Shown here in pieces: positions 1 through 13,956 of a stretch of DNA of 64,000 bases. This stretch comes from Eledone cirrhosa (lineage: Eukaryota), in the NCBI GenBank assembly GCA_964016885.1, contig OZ024758.1, forward strand, positions 9,672,001 through 9,736,000, read 5' to 3'. The first letter of the stretch is position 1. Each line of letters begins with the position of its first letter. The notes below the pieces were generated by a model that saw only the letters and a list, made by a program, of their open reading frames with translations, made no database searches and was not told where the DNA came from. Made by a program: the position numbers and the translations under genes.

Positions 1-222
1 CATTACTGGTACTTTACTTTATCAATCCTGTACATTACTGGTACTTTACTTTATCAACCCAGTACATTACTGGTACTTTACTTTATCAACCCAGTACATT
101 ACTGGTACTTTACTTTATCAACCCAGTACATTACTGGTACTTTACTTTATCAACCCAGTACATTACTGGTACTTTACTTTATCAACCCAGTACATTACTG
201 GTACTTTACTTTTTCAATCCTG
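1..222. repeat. 32-bp tandem repeat derived from the SINE A core (about 7 copies)
   Basis: Unit cattactggtactttactttatcaacccagta. Runs into the remainder of a minus-strand SINE. Confidence 0.9.
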
Positions 223-270
223 TAAGGATGAAAGGTAAATCTAACCTCAGCGGGATTTGAATTCAGAACT

Positions 271-498
271 TAACCTTTTAGCATTTAAACCAGTCAAATC
301 TGGCCAGAATTCTCTCACCCCTTTCTGTTCAAACTGGCTGTAACTGGTCAGTCATATTTATGTTAAGGTATTGTTCTCAAAATAAATAATATCAAAATCT
401 CGTAGATTCGATATTATGTGAGATAATAATGTGAGGTAAAGCCTTTACCGCGAAAATACAATAGTAAATATAGATATTTGTAAATGGTAAAGGGTTAA
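271..498. mobile_element. TTAA-flanked (piggyBac-type) MITE
   Basis: ttaacctttt...aaagggttaa termini. Reverse-oriented relatives at about 17481-17694 and 55939-56283. Confidence 0.7.
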
Positions 499-754
499 AG
501 TGCCATAGTTCTATGTCACAAAGCAGATTGTTCGACGCTCTACCAACCCACCACCCTTAATAATACCATCTAAATAATGAAATAATTAATCATCTTATTA
601 AATCTTTCCAAATTCTTTATCAATTCCAATAGAATTTCATTGTAAATATGGTGATAAAAGGCTCGATGTTGTGTCTACTTGATATGTCTATATATTTCCT
701 TGTTATGTTCATCATAATCAACATTTTGATCATTATATGTAAATTACAAATAAT

Positions 755-945
755 GGGCGGTGTATTGGCAGTATCGGTAGAGGGTCGGACGCCATGCTTT
801 CCAGCATAGTTACGTCCCTTTGCGGTCTGAGTTCAAATCCCGCCGAGGTTGACTTTGCCTTTCATCCTCACGCGGTCGATAAAATAAAGTACCAGTAATG
901 TTCTGGGGGTAATTGCTGGCCTTGTGCCAAAAGTAGAAACAATTA
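755..945 (+). mobile_element. tRNA-derived SINE family A (Meta/MESC-like core)
   Basis: A-box-like tggcagtatcgg, B-box gagttcaaatcc, core gcctttcatcct..ggtcgataaaataaagtaccag. Direct repeat attatatgtaaattacaaa on both sides (TSD). Superfamily name is from memory. Confidence 0.85.
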
Positions 946-1285
946 TATGTAAATTACAAACACAATGAAATGAGAAGACCAGTTTGTGTGTATGTACTCA
1001 GACAGTCATTATATATGCAAAATCATTCTCTCTCTCACACATACACCCCACTAACATTTACATATTCTCACACTACCACTAAACACATATATCATAGCAT
1101 GCATTGTTATGCAAATAGTTATATGTGTATATCTACACATCATTACACAGGTTCTGTTGAAACAAAGCAAAGATCAAACAATAGCTTCCCACTTTCCCAT
1201 AGGCATATTTTAAACACGCACATACATATAAATATTATCTATCTATCTATCCATCTATATATCTTGTGGCTAATAAAGAAATTTA

Positions 1286-1331
<46 letters not shown>

Positions 1332-1468
1332 CTATGTATCTCTCTCTATATATACACACATATATACGCTCACACACACATATATTATCTATCTATCTAT
1401 CCATCTATATATCTTGTGGCTAATAAAGAAATTTATCCATCTATCTATATATATATATTATCTATATA

Positions 1469-1516
<48 letters not shown>

Positions 1517-1659
1517 TATATACGCTCACACACACATATATTATCTATCTATCTATCAGAATGGAAGTAGTAAAAACCAAAAAACCAGTTAGACCATTAC
1601 TCACCAAAGTACTCGATACTTGAAGTAGTAGATATATATATATATATATTATTTATCTA

Positions 1660-1700
<41 letters not shown>

Positions 1701-1922
1701 TTAAAAGATACTAATGGGAAAGTGGCAAGATTTTGTTTGCTCATTGCTCAAACAATAAATATATGTAAAGGTGCAAGCATGACTGTGTAGTTGAAAAGTT
1801 TGCTTTGGAGTCATGTGGTTTGTGTTTTCCACTAGAGTTATAGTCAACTAATGCCTTCCTTATAACATCACCCTTTTTTTAGTATATTTGTCCATGCCAG
1901 CATGGGTTTATAAATAAATACA

Positions 1923-1995
<73 letters not shown>

Positions 1996-2048
1996 TACTT
2001 CAAAATATTAAACTTGTTAAACTTTTGGTTATATATATATATAGATGA

Positions 2049-2097
2049 GATTCTACAGGACTAGAACTGTTTCATTCTTTAGAAATCATCAGGAATC
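2049..2097 (-). ncRNA. Type I hammerhead ribozyme motif
   Basis: Minus strand: GATTC CTGATGA T-TTC-TAAA-GAA-T GAAA CAG TTCTAGTC CTG TA GAATC (GUA cleavage triplet). Confidence 0.7.
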
Positions 2098-3557
2098 CTG
2101 ATGATTTCTAAAGAATGAAACAGTTCTATTAAATAATGAAACAGTTCTATTAAAACTTTTATACTCTGCTATGTATTGAGTACCTTACTTACTGTGGTTA
2201 ACCTCCGATTCAACCTGGAATAACTTACCTATATATATTATATTAGGGGAGGGTCATATTGTTATAATATTGCCAGAAATAATAATAAAACACACTGTTT
2301 GGTTTGGGTTGGTTTTCGCTTCTGTATCTTTTATATCTCCATAGTTGATTTATCAGGCAATCAATGTTTCTCATTGATTGACCAATGGTTAGTAAATATC
2401 TCTCAAATCGCACTTTATTATCTTAGAAAAGATACAGGATGTCTTTGGTAATATGGTCTTCACCTTTTCATAACCATATTTCTAATGAAAGGCCCTGTCT
2501 ATGATTTTCAAATCATTTTGAAAATAATCAAGAATCTGGAGAGATTTAGTAATATAACTAATTTTCTCATTATGAAGATTGTGTTTTGAACCTAGCTTAA
2601 TAAATTTTCTTAGATAAGATTTTCATGGAAGAGTTTTTGAGAAATATAAACACTTTAAAGACAGGGAAATGGCAGAGGCATTAGAAGGCCGGATAGAATA
2701 CTTTGCAGCATTTGTTCAGACTCTCTGCTATCTGAGTTCAAATTTCGCCGAGGTCAACTTTGCCTTTCATCCTTTTGAGGTTGATAAAATAAAATACAAT
2801 CTAGCACTGAGGCTGATTCTTCCTCTATATCTCTTTCTCAGTTTCTCTCTCACTCTCTCTATCCTTCTTTGGAAGAAATCTACTGTGTTCAGACCTGGAG
2901 AGAGATGGGCTCCACCAGGCTTAAAATGCCTCTATAGCACCCCTTCGATTCCATCAGGAGTTTCAACAGAACTATGGATGTATATAAACCCTTTAAAATA
3001 AACAGCATGGTATTCTAGAACCAGAGCTGGTTTCTGGTAGTTAGGTATCAAATAGCTTTTAACCCCCCCCCCCCCCCCTCTCCAAAAAAGATGGTCTTTT
3101 GGAGTTGATCTAGGTTTAAACAGAAACACAATTGATTACATTACATCAGTTATGGAACCTACCTCAATGTGATTGTTCAACTTGGTAGAAATAGCAGTCA
3201 AATCTCTCTCATGTCATAATACAAAGACAATGACCCAGCTGATTGGGACCCAAATATGCTACACATGATAATAAGAGTAAATGATCACAGATCTGCTTGA
3301 TCAGCACTGTACTGGAGCTCAGCAACAAATGTATTGATTGTATTGATTCCTTACATTGGCACAAGGCCAAAAGATTTGTCAGAGAAAGAAGCTTATATAA
3401 CAGAATCAACTTTTACTGATAACTTACTTTACTGACCTTGTTGTTGTTGTCATTGTTGCTGTTTAACTTCAGGTCAAACAACATCCAGCAGACATGTGAT
3501 CAAAGATGGTTGCAGGAATATTCACTGATAATTGTATAATCAGCAATTCACTGATTA

Positions 3558-3845
3558 GCCAATTGACATATAAGCAATTGACCAATTGACATATAAGCAA
3601 TTGACTAATTGACATACAAGCAATTGACCAATTGACATACAAGCAATTGACCAATTGACATATAAGCAATTGACTAATTGACATACAAGCAATTGACCAA
3701 TTGACATATAAGCAATTGACCAATTGACATATAAGCAATTGACTAATTGACATACAAGCAATTGACCAATTGACATACAAGCAATTGACCAATTGACATA
3801 CAAGCAATTGACCAATTGACATACAAGCAATTGACTAATTGACAT
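3558..3845. repeat. 23-bp minisatellite (about 12 copies)
   Basis: Unit caattgacata(c/t)aagcaattgac. Confidence 0.92.
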
Positions 3846-4031
3846 TAACAGATAGGTGCAGACATGGTTGTATGGTTAATGAGTTTGGTGCACAATTACA
3901 TGGTTCTGGGTTCAATCCTACTGTGTGGTTCTTGAGACTTGAGGCAAGTGTCTTCCATTATAGCCACAGGTTGACCAATGACTTGTGAGTGGAATTTGGT
4001 AGATGGAAACTGAAAAAGTCTAGCGTGAATG

Positions 4032-4082
<51 letters not shown>

Positions 4083-4646
4083 CGAAGGAAATGTGGTAAG
4101 GAACCAGGTGGACCATAACGCACCAAAGTACTCAATACTTAGGGTAGTAGAGTGGGTAATAGGAACGAGTAGGACCCCGACGGCTGAGCTCAAGCCGTTT
4201 TGACGGCTAATTCTGGACTAAAATGGATTTAGTCCAGAATTAGCCGTCGAAACGGCTTGAGCTCAGCCGTCGGGGTCCTACTCGTTCCTATATATATATA
4301 TATAGTAACAATAATAAATACAATGACCAAAATCTAGAGAGGACTCAATAAGAGTTGTATATATAGAAGTATATATAAAGCTGTAGGGCAAATACTTATT
4401 AGTACAAATCCCGCTGGAGTTAACTTGCCTTTCATCCTTACGCGGTTGATAGAATAAAGTACCAGTAATGCACTGGAGTAATTGCTGTCCTTTTACCAAA
4501 AGTAGAAACAATTATTAATATAGATTAAAAGTTTAAACAAACAATTTCTGCTTTCACCCTAAGTGGGATCATCAGATGATCCCACTTAGGGTGAAAGCAG
4601 AAATTGTTTGCTGAAAATTTTAATCTGTGCTGTATGTGTGTGCATA

Positions 4647-4687
<41 letters not shown>

Positions 4688-5876
4688 TTATATGTAAATA
4701 TATGTACATACAAACACATATGTGTGTCTGTGTCTATGTTTATGTTTGTTTATATGTCCCATAACTTAATGCAACTAATAAGAGATCAATGAAACAAGTG
4801 GCAGACTTGAAGAATAAATACATGATCAATTAAATCAATGTCCTAGCATTGCTGATGTCTAATCACTGAAATCAATAAAAAATAAATAAAATAATTCCTG
4901 TATATATATTGGATCATTCTGTCTTTCTTTTGGGGTTTTTGCCAGATATCCTATGTAAATGTGTGTGGCATAGTGGTTAGGGTGTTTGATTTACAATCTC
5001 AAGGTTGTGGGTTTTATTCCCAAATCTGTTGACACATTGAGTCCTTCAGTATGGCACTCACTTTATCATTGCTCCAGTTCATTCAACTGAAAATGAGTAC
5101 TAGTGGTATCTGGGTGTTAACCCTATGACAGAGTGACATCCCATCCAGAATTTTGTATCTTCAGTTGCTTAACAACCATGAAATTGGGATTAAACTATGG
5201 GCTTCATCCAACTCATTCAAACATATAAAAAGGAATGTAATATGATAACTCTAGTTCTAACATAGACATACTATATACAAGATTACATTATCCAATATGT
5301 TTTCTTTGTTTAAAGACCATAGCATGTGATTTGAGAGAGATTTGGTAGCTATTTGTCTTAGTGGTAAGGGTGTTGGACTTACAATCATAATGTCATGGAT
5401 TTGATTCCTGGACTGGGTTGTGTGTTGTGTGCTTGAGCAAAACACTTCATTTCATATTGTACCAGAAGTACACTCAGCTGAAAATGAGTTTCAACAGTAT
5501 CTGGGGGTCTCACCCTGTGATGGACTGGCATCCTGTCCAGAGGGAAGTCTTGTACTTAACACCATGGAAACCAGGAAAAGCATCAGTCCGATGAGCCTCT
5601 AAGCTTGAAACAGACTTTAGACTTTGGTAGCTATTTCTAGCAGGTCTAGTGACTATGTGGAGTTCAATTGAATTTTAGGGTTATGTGAGGGGGGAAAGGT
5701 GTCTAAAAAAGACTTTGTTGGGGCATGATAGTTTCATGTCTATATTTAGGACCATTGCCAAGCCTTCTTTTCTTTTTAACTTCTGTTGATTATTTTTCTG
5801 TTTATTAACAAATTTATCGACTCAATAATCAGCTCTTGGTTTATATCATTTGTTTTTTTGTCTGTTTTCTAATCAG

Positions 5877-5970
5877 GTGATGTCATCTTATCTGTGAATG
5901 GTGACAGCGTTGAACAAGCCACACATCAACAACTGGTGGAGAAGATCAAATCTTGTGCACGTTACATGAG
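5877..5970 (+). CDS. Tamalin/GRASP/CYTIP-like gene, internal exon (C-terminal part of PDZ domain)
   Basis: Pyrimidine tract then cag acceptor, gtaaga donor. Translates (G)DVILSVNGDSVEQATHQQLVEKIKSCARYM(R), a typical PDZ C-terminal half. Phase 1 in, phase 2 out, compatible with the next exon. Confidence 0.9.
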
Positions 5971-6083
5971 GTAAGAAGGCATAGCATGGAAAAAGTAAAG
6001 AAAATAATTTCTTTCTGCTTGTAAATGTAGAAGATATTTGTTCACAATGCTTGTGTGTTTATATATATACAGACAGACACACT

Positions 6084-6139
<56 letters not shown>

Positions 6140-6442
6140 CAAATAAAATACAGAGTTACTAACTCATATTGATACCCTGTAATTAACAAGCTCAAAGTAT
6201 AAATACTGAGCATTATATAATAATATATGTAGAAATAAACACAGTGAATCCTGTGTCTAAAATTACGAGGGTAGAGAATACCACAATTGTTTTATATATT
6301 TAATCTGAATCATACGTAAGATATCGTATCAATAACTATTTCATCTCTCGGACAGATTAGAGATTTAATCTGTTTCGCCCTGAAATATATATATATATAT
6401 ATTTCAGTTGAAAATTGCAAACTTGACTGTCACCACACATTA

Positions 6443-6481
6443 TGAACCTGAAGATTGCGAAAGCATGAAAGTACTTGTTCA
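6443..6481 (+). ncRNA. Minimal type I hammerhead ribozyme motif
   Basis: TGAAC CTGAAGA T-TGC-GAAA-GCA-T GAAA GTAC TT GTTCA. Stems I, II and III all pair, with a palindromic stem III. Confidence 0.75.
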
Positions 6482-6807
6482 ATTAACACTTAGAATTTAA
6501 TATTCTATCATACTATTTCATTATAATACCATTATAATACCATTCCTAACAACTTCTTTATATTTTAATTTTATACACGTCTAGCAAATGCATGTTACTA
6601 AGACTTTAATTCTTCTGCCATTGGTAAACTGGAAGTTCTATGGATTAATTAATGTGGTGCCGCCTAAACCCATGCTAGCGTGGAAGATAGACATTAAACG
6701 ATGATGATGATGATGATGATGATGTGCTACACCATCATTACAATCCTCAGATTCCAGATTTTACCATTTTCATTTTTGTTTTTCTTCCCCCACCAAAAAA
6801 AACACAG

Positions 6808-6874
6808 GTTAGTGGTCCTTTTTGAAGATTGTTGCAGGAAAGTAGAATTACATGATCGTTATATCAAATTAAAG
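6808..6874 (+). CDS. Tamalin/GRASP/CYTIP-like gene, internal exon
   Basis: cag acceptor, gtaagc donor. (R)LVVLFEDCCRKVELHDRYIKLK resembles the tamalin post-PDZ segment as recalled (RKAELEARLQYLK). Phases consistent. Confidence 0.9.
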
Positions 6875-6949
6875 GTAAGCTTTCAAATGAAACATGTCCA
6901 CATTCTTTGATTTGTTTTCAATCTTTTACTTTTTACTTTGCTTATTACT

Positions 6950-7327
6950 AGTTCATGCTGAGGTTAGCTTTGCCTTTCATCCTTATGAGGTTGATAAAAT
7001 AAAATACCAGTAGTGCACTGGGGTCAATTTAATCAACTTTCCCTTCCCTCAAAATTGTTGACCTTGTACCTACTTTGGTGGATTGGCAGTATTGGTAGAG
7101 GGTCGGACGCCATGCTGTGACGCATAGTTACGGTCCTTGCCATCATGAGTTCAAATCCCGCCGAGGTTGACTTTGCCTTTCATCCTTACGGGGTCGATAA
7201 AATAAAGTACCAGTAATGCACTGGGTAATGTCTGTTTCATGTCTATATTTTCATGTCTATATTTAGGACCATTGCCAAGCCTTCTTTTCTTTTTAACTTC
7301 TTGTGCCAAAAGTAGAAACAATTATTA
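6950..7327 (+). mobile_element. Two adjacent SINE family A copies
   Basis: An older partial copy followed by a near-full copy that carries an internal insertion. Confidence 0.8.
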
Positions 7328-7574
7328 TCAATATTTTTACCTGAAGTATATAATGAGATAGTTTTCAAGCCGTCATTCTTTTCATTTTCGGATATTTTAA
7401 ATTTGGTTTTGTGAGTGTTTGGATTTCAGTCCTCCAGAGTTCTAATTAACACTCATCTATTTATATAGATATATAGTTACTTGTACTGGTCATTGTAATA
7501 AATTATTAACAATCTAAATATTCATAAATATCAATACTGATTCCAATACCAATATTTTTACACTAATTTTGCAG

Positions 7575-7641
7575 AATATTCTCCGAGAGAAAAAGCGAGA
7601 GCTGAAGCTATTAAATGATCAAGAACAAAATATTCTTCAAG
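7575..7641 (+). CDS. Tamalin/GRASP/CYTIP-like gene, internal exon (coiled coil)
   Basis: ttttgcag acceptor, gtaggt donor. NILREKKRELKLLNDQEQNILQ(G) resembles the tamalin leucine-zipper segment ending QEQ..G. Confidence 0.88.
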
Positions 7642-7926
7642 GTAGGTATCTAATAATGTTTATGGTATCAGCTGCCAATGATAACTGTGTGTGCAAGACC
7701 AAGGTTGGGGTATAGCTATCTGATGAACTGCTACACACCAATAAATGTTCTGCTCTCTGTTATAATTACGTCTGTCTTAATATTGCTTTTGATCTCTCAA
7801 AGGTTGATAAAATAAGGTACCAGCAATATACTGATATCAAGTCTTTTAGTTATAGTACTAAGACAACAACTATATGTGTAGACATATAGACATAAATACA
7901 CATCTGCAAAGCAAATCATATATTAC

Positions 7927-7977
<51 letters not shown>

Positions 7978-8376
7978 TATATATATGTGTGTGTGTGTAT
8001 TTATTTTTTGTATTTGTCTTGTAAGATTGTTGATGTGGAACTGGGTTGAAACAGATATTGTCGTATTATGGAAGGGTCAATCTACCAATAAAAGCACACA
8101 TGCTTGGTTGTATTTCATTTTTTAAAATCAATTGACTGATTTGTCAGTCTTTTGCCACAATTCTGTTGCTTTTTCAATGAATTCTAAGAGCTATTGAAAA
8201 ACCTACAAAGGTGTGATAAAAGACTTTGACAAAGCAATCTATGAATTTTTAAAACAAGTGAACTACCATTTGTGCATGTGTTTTATTAGCAAATTAACCC
8301 TCCCAATATACAGCATATATAAATATATATATCCCATGCTAGCGTGGAAGATAGACATTAAACAATGATGATGATG

Positions 8377-8409
<33 letters not shown>

Positions 8410-10803
8410 AACCATACTTCAAATAGATATAGAAATATAGATATATGTGATGTAAAATTCAGTTTTAAAATAGACAGTCTACAGTGAGTGCATACAGCTT
8501 GTCACATCTGATTTTTTAGACAAGCAACAAGTACAGGAAGAGGATGTTGAAGTTGACAAATGAACTGACATTCATTTCCAGGTGAGATTGTATGTATGTA
8601 TGAATATCATAAATGTACTCCTCTATCTTAGTCTTTGTCTATCATACCCATTTTCCATATATTTCTTTCAATCACAAACTCCATCTTTTCATAGTATTAT
8701 ATTTAAACTTCCATCACTCGTGGTGCTTACACTGCAACTCCATAACCCTCGCTGCACCTCAAAATAATATGCACTAATTGCAAATGCCACCAAACCTGCT
8801 GGCTATTGTTGGTGCAACTGTAACTAGCCATCTCGATAACTCTGTTTCAACTTAACAGCTCTTCATCATCTATTATAATTGATCATCTTCGGAGCATCTG
8901 TTATAACTGATTGCTTCAATGACCCACCATTGAAAACAGTTGCTCATTTTTTCCAGCTCTTTATTTCATTTGTTATTGTCACCTTATGTGATAATGCTAC
9001 TACCCCCCCCCCCCTCCATATCCAATTTTATATTTTGACATCACCTCTATTGAACATGGTCACTACCTAGTTACAGCAAAGTATTCCATAAATTTCAGTT
9101 AGTCATGTCATCTGTTACCGTGATTCATTTCTCCTAATACAGTAATTTATGTCATCTCTAACTATAGATCATCTCTTATTTCTTAATTTAAATGCCATAT
9201 GTTTATATTTCCTTTTCTCTACATAATCTTCTGTAGTAGTCAATTCTTCAATCACTTGACTTCAATCTTGGTCTGCAATGATTGCTTTGTCTATCCGAGA
9301 TATTTTCCTAAAATTCTAGTGACATCTTTTTAATTGAAATTAACCATATATATACATTATATATATAATATAATATGACATGGACTATTTTCAAAATCTA
9401 TTCACCATCAAAGCTACCTTTCTATTTCTGAGACTTTTCACTGTCACCAATGCTGCTTAAAATACCAAAACCCTGTCCAGGGTCCTGAAGAAATTGCTTA
9501 TATTGTATTAAGTTTATACTAACTCTGCATCTAGGATTTATCTTCTATATATTATATAATTGTATCTCTCCTACTGCATCAAACTTTACAATCACAAATT
9601 CCATTCTCCCTCAACAGCAAACCTTGCTATTATTACCAGCACACACTTATTTATATCATGGTGGCTGTCATAGTGTTTTGCTGTGCTAATCACAAGACTT
9701 TCTTCTGCATTTAAAAAAAAAAAAAAAATTTATTTGTTTTTATCTTGTTTCCTTTTTTTTTTTAATCCATATTTTCATGACACGGAAATTTTATTTCTAA
9801 TGTTATTAGATTTCATGTGACAATTCTTAACCTGTTGACTGCCGTGTATATTTTACACAGCTACAGTTGCTGTGCCGGGTTTGGTTTTTCAGTAAAATGA
9901 CTATTTTTATTAAACAAACATTTAGTAACAACACATCTGAATGATTGTCAAACATTACATCAATAAACTAGTAACCCCATCTAGCTTTGAAGTTAGGAAC
10001 TATTGGAAATGAATTCAAACATGTTAGGACGAGTTATCTCGAGCGTGGCACTGGAATGTTTACATGTTAGGACTAGTTATCTCGTCTGTGGCACTGAACA
10101 GACACTAGCCATGATAAATCTGTGTTGCCAATAGGAGAGCCTCTGTGTCCTCCTGAAGAAATTGCTTATATTATATTAAGTTTATACTAACTCTGCATCT
10201 AGGATTTATCTTCTATATATTATATAATTGTATCTCTCCTACTGCATCAAACTTTACAATCACAAATTCCATTCTCCCTCAACAGCAAACCAGTTAGACA
10301 TAACAGCCATCTCCTTTAAACAACATTTTAAACAAAGGAAGGATGACATATTTAACAAAGTAATTCCTGATATGCAAAAAGATGAGATGGTCATGGCAGG
10401 AATGTCTTTGATCATGTGTCTGTTCATTCAAGTCAGACAACATTAATAGCAATTCTTGTTTCTAATTTAGTTTTATTACTAAGGAAATTGTTTCAATTGG
10501 TTTTTATTGCTATTACTATCTCTTAGTTGTCAGATCTGACAGAAGTGTCACCATTTTTCCAGTGACAGGAGATTGAATTTCAAGTGTGAATGCCCAGAGC
10601 TATAACAGATAATGCAAGGTTGCCATTCCATGCTATAACAGTTCCTTCAATCCCCTCTTTTGGACTGGTACTTTATTTATTGAAAGGTTGAGTTGACTAT
10701 AGCAGAATTTAAACTCAAAGTACAGAGAACTTGAACAAATGCTGAAGAAACTCATCTGCTGCTCTAAGAATTCTGTCAATTTACTGCTTAGCTTAAAATA
10801 ATA

Positions 10804-11213
10804 TTAACTCTTAACATCCTGTAGTGCATAAAACCATCATAGAAAGACATTCTTGAAAAGTACAACAAAAATTGTCCTATGATTACATCACATTAAAACT
10901 TAATGTTTTTACTTTACAAGGGTCTGTCGAAAAGTTCATAGGCTGACTTTGAAGGAGTGATGTTAGAACTGTGAAATCTTGCATACATTAATTTGAACTC
11001 TTCTTATTAACAGTTTCTTTCCAGAGACTGTTGGAACATAAATGTCATTTGGTCATTCCATGAGAGTATTTTAGCCTATGGACTTTTCAGCCGATCCTCG
11101 TATTGCAAATATTGCACAACAATCTGTCTCCTAGTAATGATACTACAAACATTTAAATTAACAAACCCCTTTTAGATAGTTTCTGTTAAATCATTACAGG
11201 ATATCAAGAGTTA
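10804..11213. mobile_element. TTAA MITE containing a nested mariner-type MITE
   Basis: TIRs ttaactcttaacatcctgta / tacaggatatcaagagttaa. Inner TA-flanked element at about 10915-11102. Confidence 0.7.
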
Positions 11214-12476
11214 ATTGATTTCTTGTACAGAGTCCTAAGTATTATATTTATTGGAGAGAGAGAATTTGTGATATATATTCTTACCTTTCACAGAAAATTG
11301 GAAGTCATTAATGATATAAATCAAAAGAAATAGATACAACGTTTGGGTCACGAGGAATTTATTTAACTTTCATCACCATATTTCTGATGAAAGACATGGT
11401 CACCAGGAATTTATTTAACCCTGTCATTACTATATTTCTGATGAAAGACATTTCCTATGATTTTAAAATAATTTAGAAAAATACTCAAGAATTTGAAAGG
11501 ATTTAGTAATATACTTTTCTCATTATTAAGCTGGTATTTGGAACATAACTTAAGAAAGGTTATTTCATAAAATTATGATGAAAAGTTTTTAGTTAAATAT
11601 AAACAGTTTAAAACAAGCAGTATTGTAGAGCCAGAGGTGGTTTGGGGCAGTTTGGTATCAACAGGGTTAAATTCTTCTCTGACACTTACCAAAGAATTCC
11701 TACTAATTGAAAACAATAGATAAACAGGCTTGTTGTTGACTCTACACACTAAATGAATTCTGTGTAATAGAATTTTAATTATGAGTTATTTATAAACTGA
11801 TTAACATTTATTTGATAATTGGATGATTTGAATTAGTTCAAATATTAATTACTGAGATAGGTTTTCTCTAAATTTGTTCTTAATTAATAAATGTCTCTGT
11901 GGGTTAGAAAACTTGAGATGGCACCACCACATTTCCAACAAAGTGTTGTGTGCATCAGCCCACATTTATTTCACTCTTTAAAACACTCTTCTTGATATTC
12001 AATCACCTCTGCTTCTGTTTCTTGGAAAATATACAGGAATCTACTCCCACCAGAAATCTCAGTTTCAAATTTGAAATTAATAAAATACACCATACTTTTT
12101 ATATTTTCTTATTAGTTATAAAGCAAGGACAGTATCAATGATATTCTTGCACGGCTTCTAGTATTGGTTGTGGAGGAGAGGGGTAAAACTACAACTCATG
12201 GGTAGCTACAAAACGTTTACTGATCAGATTGGAGACATGGTTTGAAGCTTTTAACATAGTGAACCTCACTAAATGCACCAAAGTACCAAGTAGTGCTGTT
12301 AAACTGTTAAACCAGACAACAGATTAAATATACAACCTAAGAATATGTAGAGATCATCTGTCCACCAAATTTCAGTCAAGATTTCATTTGACCTAAGCAT
12401 ATGTTAAAAAAAACAAAACAAACTTTTGTCCAAAGTGCCACAGTGAGATCAAATTAGGAATTGTGATAGAAAAGCA

Positions 12477-12691
12477 AATTTCTTGATGACATATGTGAGA
12501 AACAATGTCAAATTTCTTGATGACATACTATTGAGAAACAATGTCAAATTTCTTGATGACATACTATTGAGAAACAATCTCAAATTTCTTGACATACTAT
12601 TGAGAAACAATCTCAAATTTCTTGATGACATACTATTGAGAAACAATCTCAAATTTCTTGATGACATACTATTGAGAAACAATCTCAAATT
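12477..12691. repeat. 36-bp minisatellite (about 6 copies)
   Basis: Unit aaatttcttgatgacatactattgagaaacaatctc. Confidence 0.92.
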
Positions 12692-13298
12692 AAAACACAA
12701 TATTTTTTTTTTTTAGTTTTATTTTACTTTTGCTCTTGAATTTTTATTCAAATTTAGATTTCAATTTCATTTCAAAATTGTTTTTCCTTTTGATTCCATT
12801 CCACGCACAATTTTTCTTTTTATAAAATATCTGATTTTTTAATTTAAAATTTAAAGAATAAAAGAAAATAACCACTTTAATCAAAATTTCATGTGTAGTG
12901 TGTCTGCTTTTTATATATACACATATGTTTTTTTATATATACATCATTTATAATGAACAAGAGGAAAAATACTCAATATATGGTGTAGACTATATTTATT
13001 TGGTGGATTCTTTACTTTAAATTTTGTGAATGCTTGCTCAATCAGACAGCTAGACTATAAATATCCAGCATTAGCAGCTGATTAAGTATTCATAAAACTT
13101 CAAATAACAGCAGAAGGCATCAATCAAATCAATATATATATATCTGTGTGTGTTAATTTGTTTTCTAAGCAGAAAAGTGATAGTAACTTCCAAGTTTCAA
13201 CTTAGTCACTTCATCTACCTGAGAAATGTCTACACTTTATTCACCAGTATTGAGTGCTCATTTAGTTATTGTTTGAATGTTATTATAAATACTATACA

Positions 13299-13486
13299 GG
13301 GCGGTGAATTGGCAGTATCGGTAGAGGGTCGGACATACTTTCCAGCATAGTTACGTCCCTTTACGATCTGAGTTCAAATCCCGCCGAGGTTAACTTTGCC
13401 TTTCATCCTTACGGGGGTCGATAAAATAAAGTACCAGTAATGAACTGGGTAATTGCTGGCCTTGTGCCAAAAGTAGAAACAATTAT
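13299..13486 (+). mobile_element. SINE family A
   Basis: Consensus match. TSD-like attataaat(a/g)ctata. Confidence 0.85.
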
Positions 13487-13896
13487 AAATGCTATAGTAT
13501 TTTAAACACATATTCTAACACACATATATAATGTATGTAATGTATGAGGGCGATGTGGTCCTCTAAACTGTCCAGGCAGGCAGTAACTTCAAATAAGAAC
13601 TGCTCTGCCTTGTGATAACCAGTTCATCCAATACCACCATGGAAACTCGACATAAAAGATAATATATATACATGTGGAAAATGGAAATGGGTAACTCTGG
13701 GTAACAATGGAGCAAATCCTGAGCTTCAAAGAAATAAAATTTATTAAGTACATTTTTCTTTCTGTTTATAAAGTCTAATATATGGGTTATATATGTTTAT
13801 CAAGATATTAACATTCAACTGACTCTGTTCTCTGTGTTTAATTTTACTCTTTTTAAATATTGTACATTTTGCAAACTATATATGTATGTGTGTGTT

Positions 13897-13956
<60 letters not shown>

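Noticed and set aside
1-222. CRISPR-like 32-bp repeats (also the 36-bp and 38-bp arrays)
   Set aside because: Head-to-tail tandem units without unique spacers, no cas genes, eukaryotic context.
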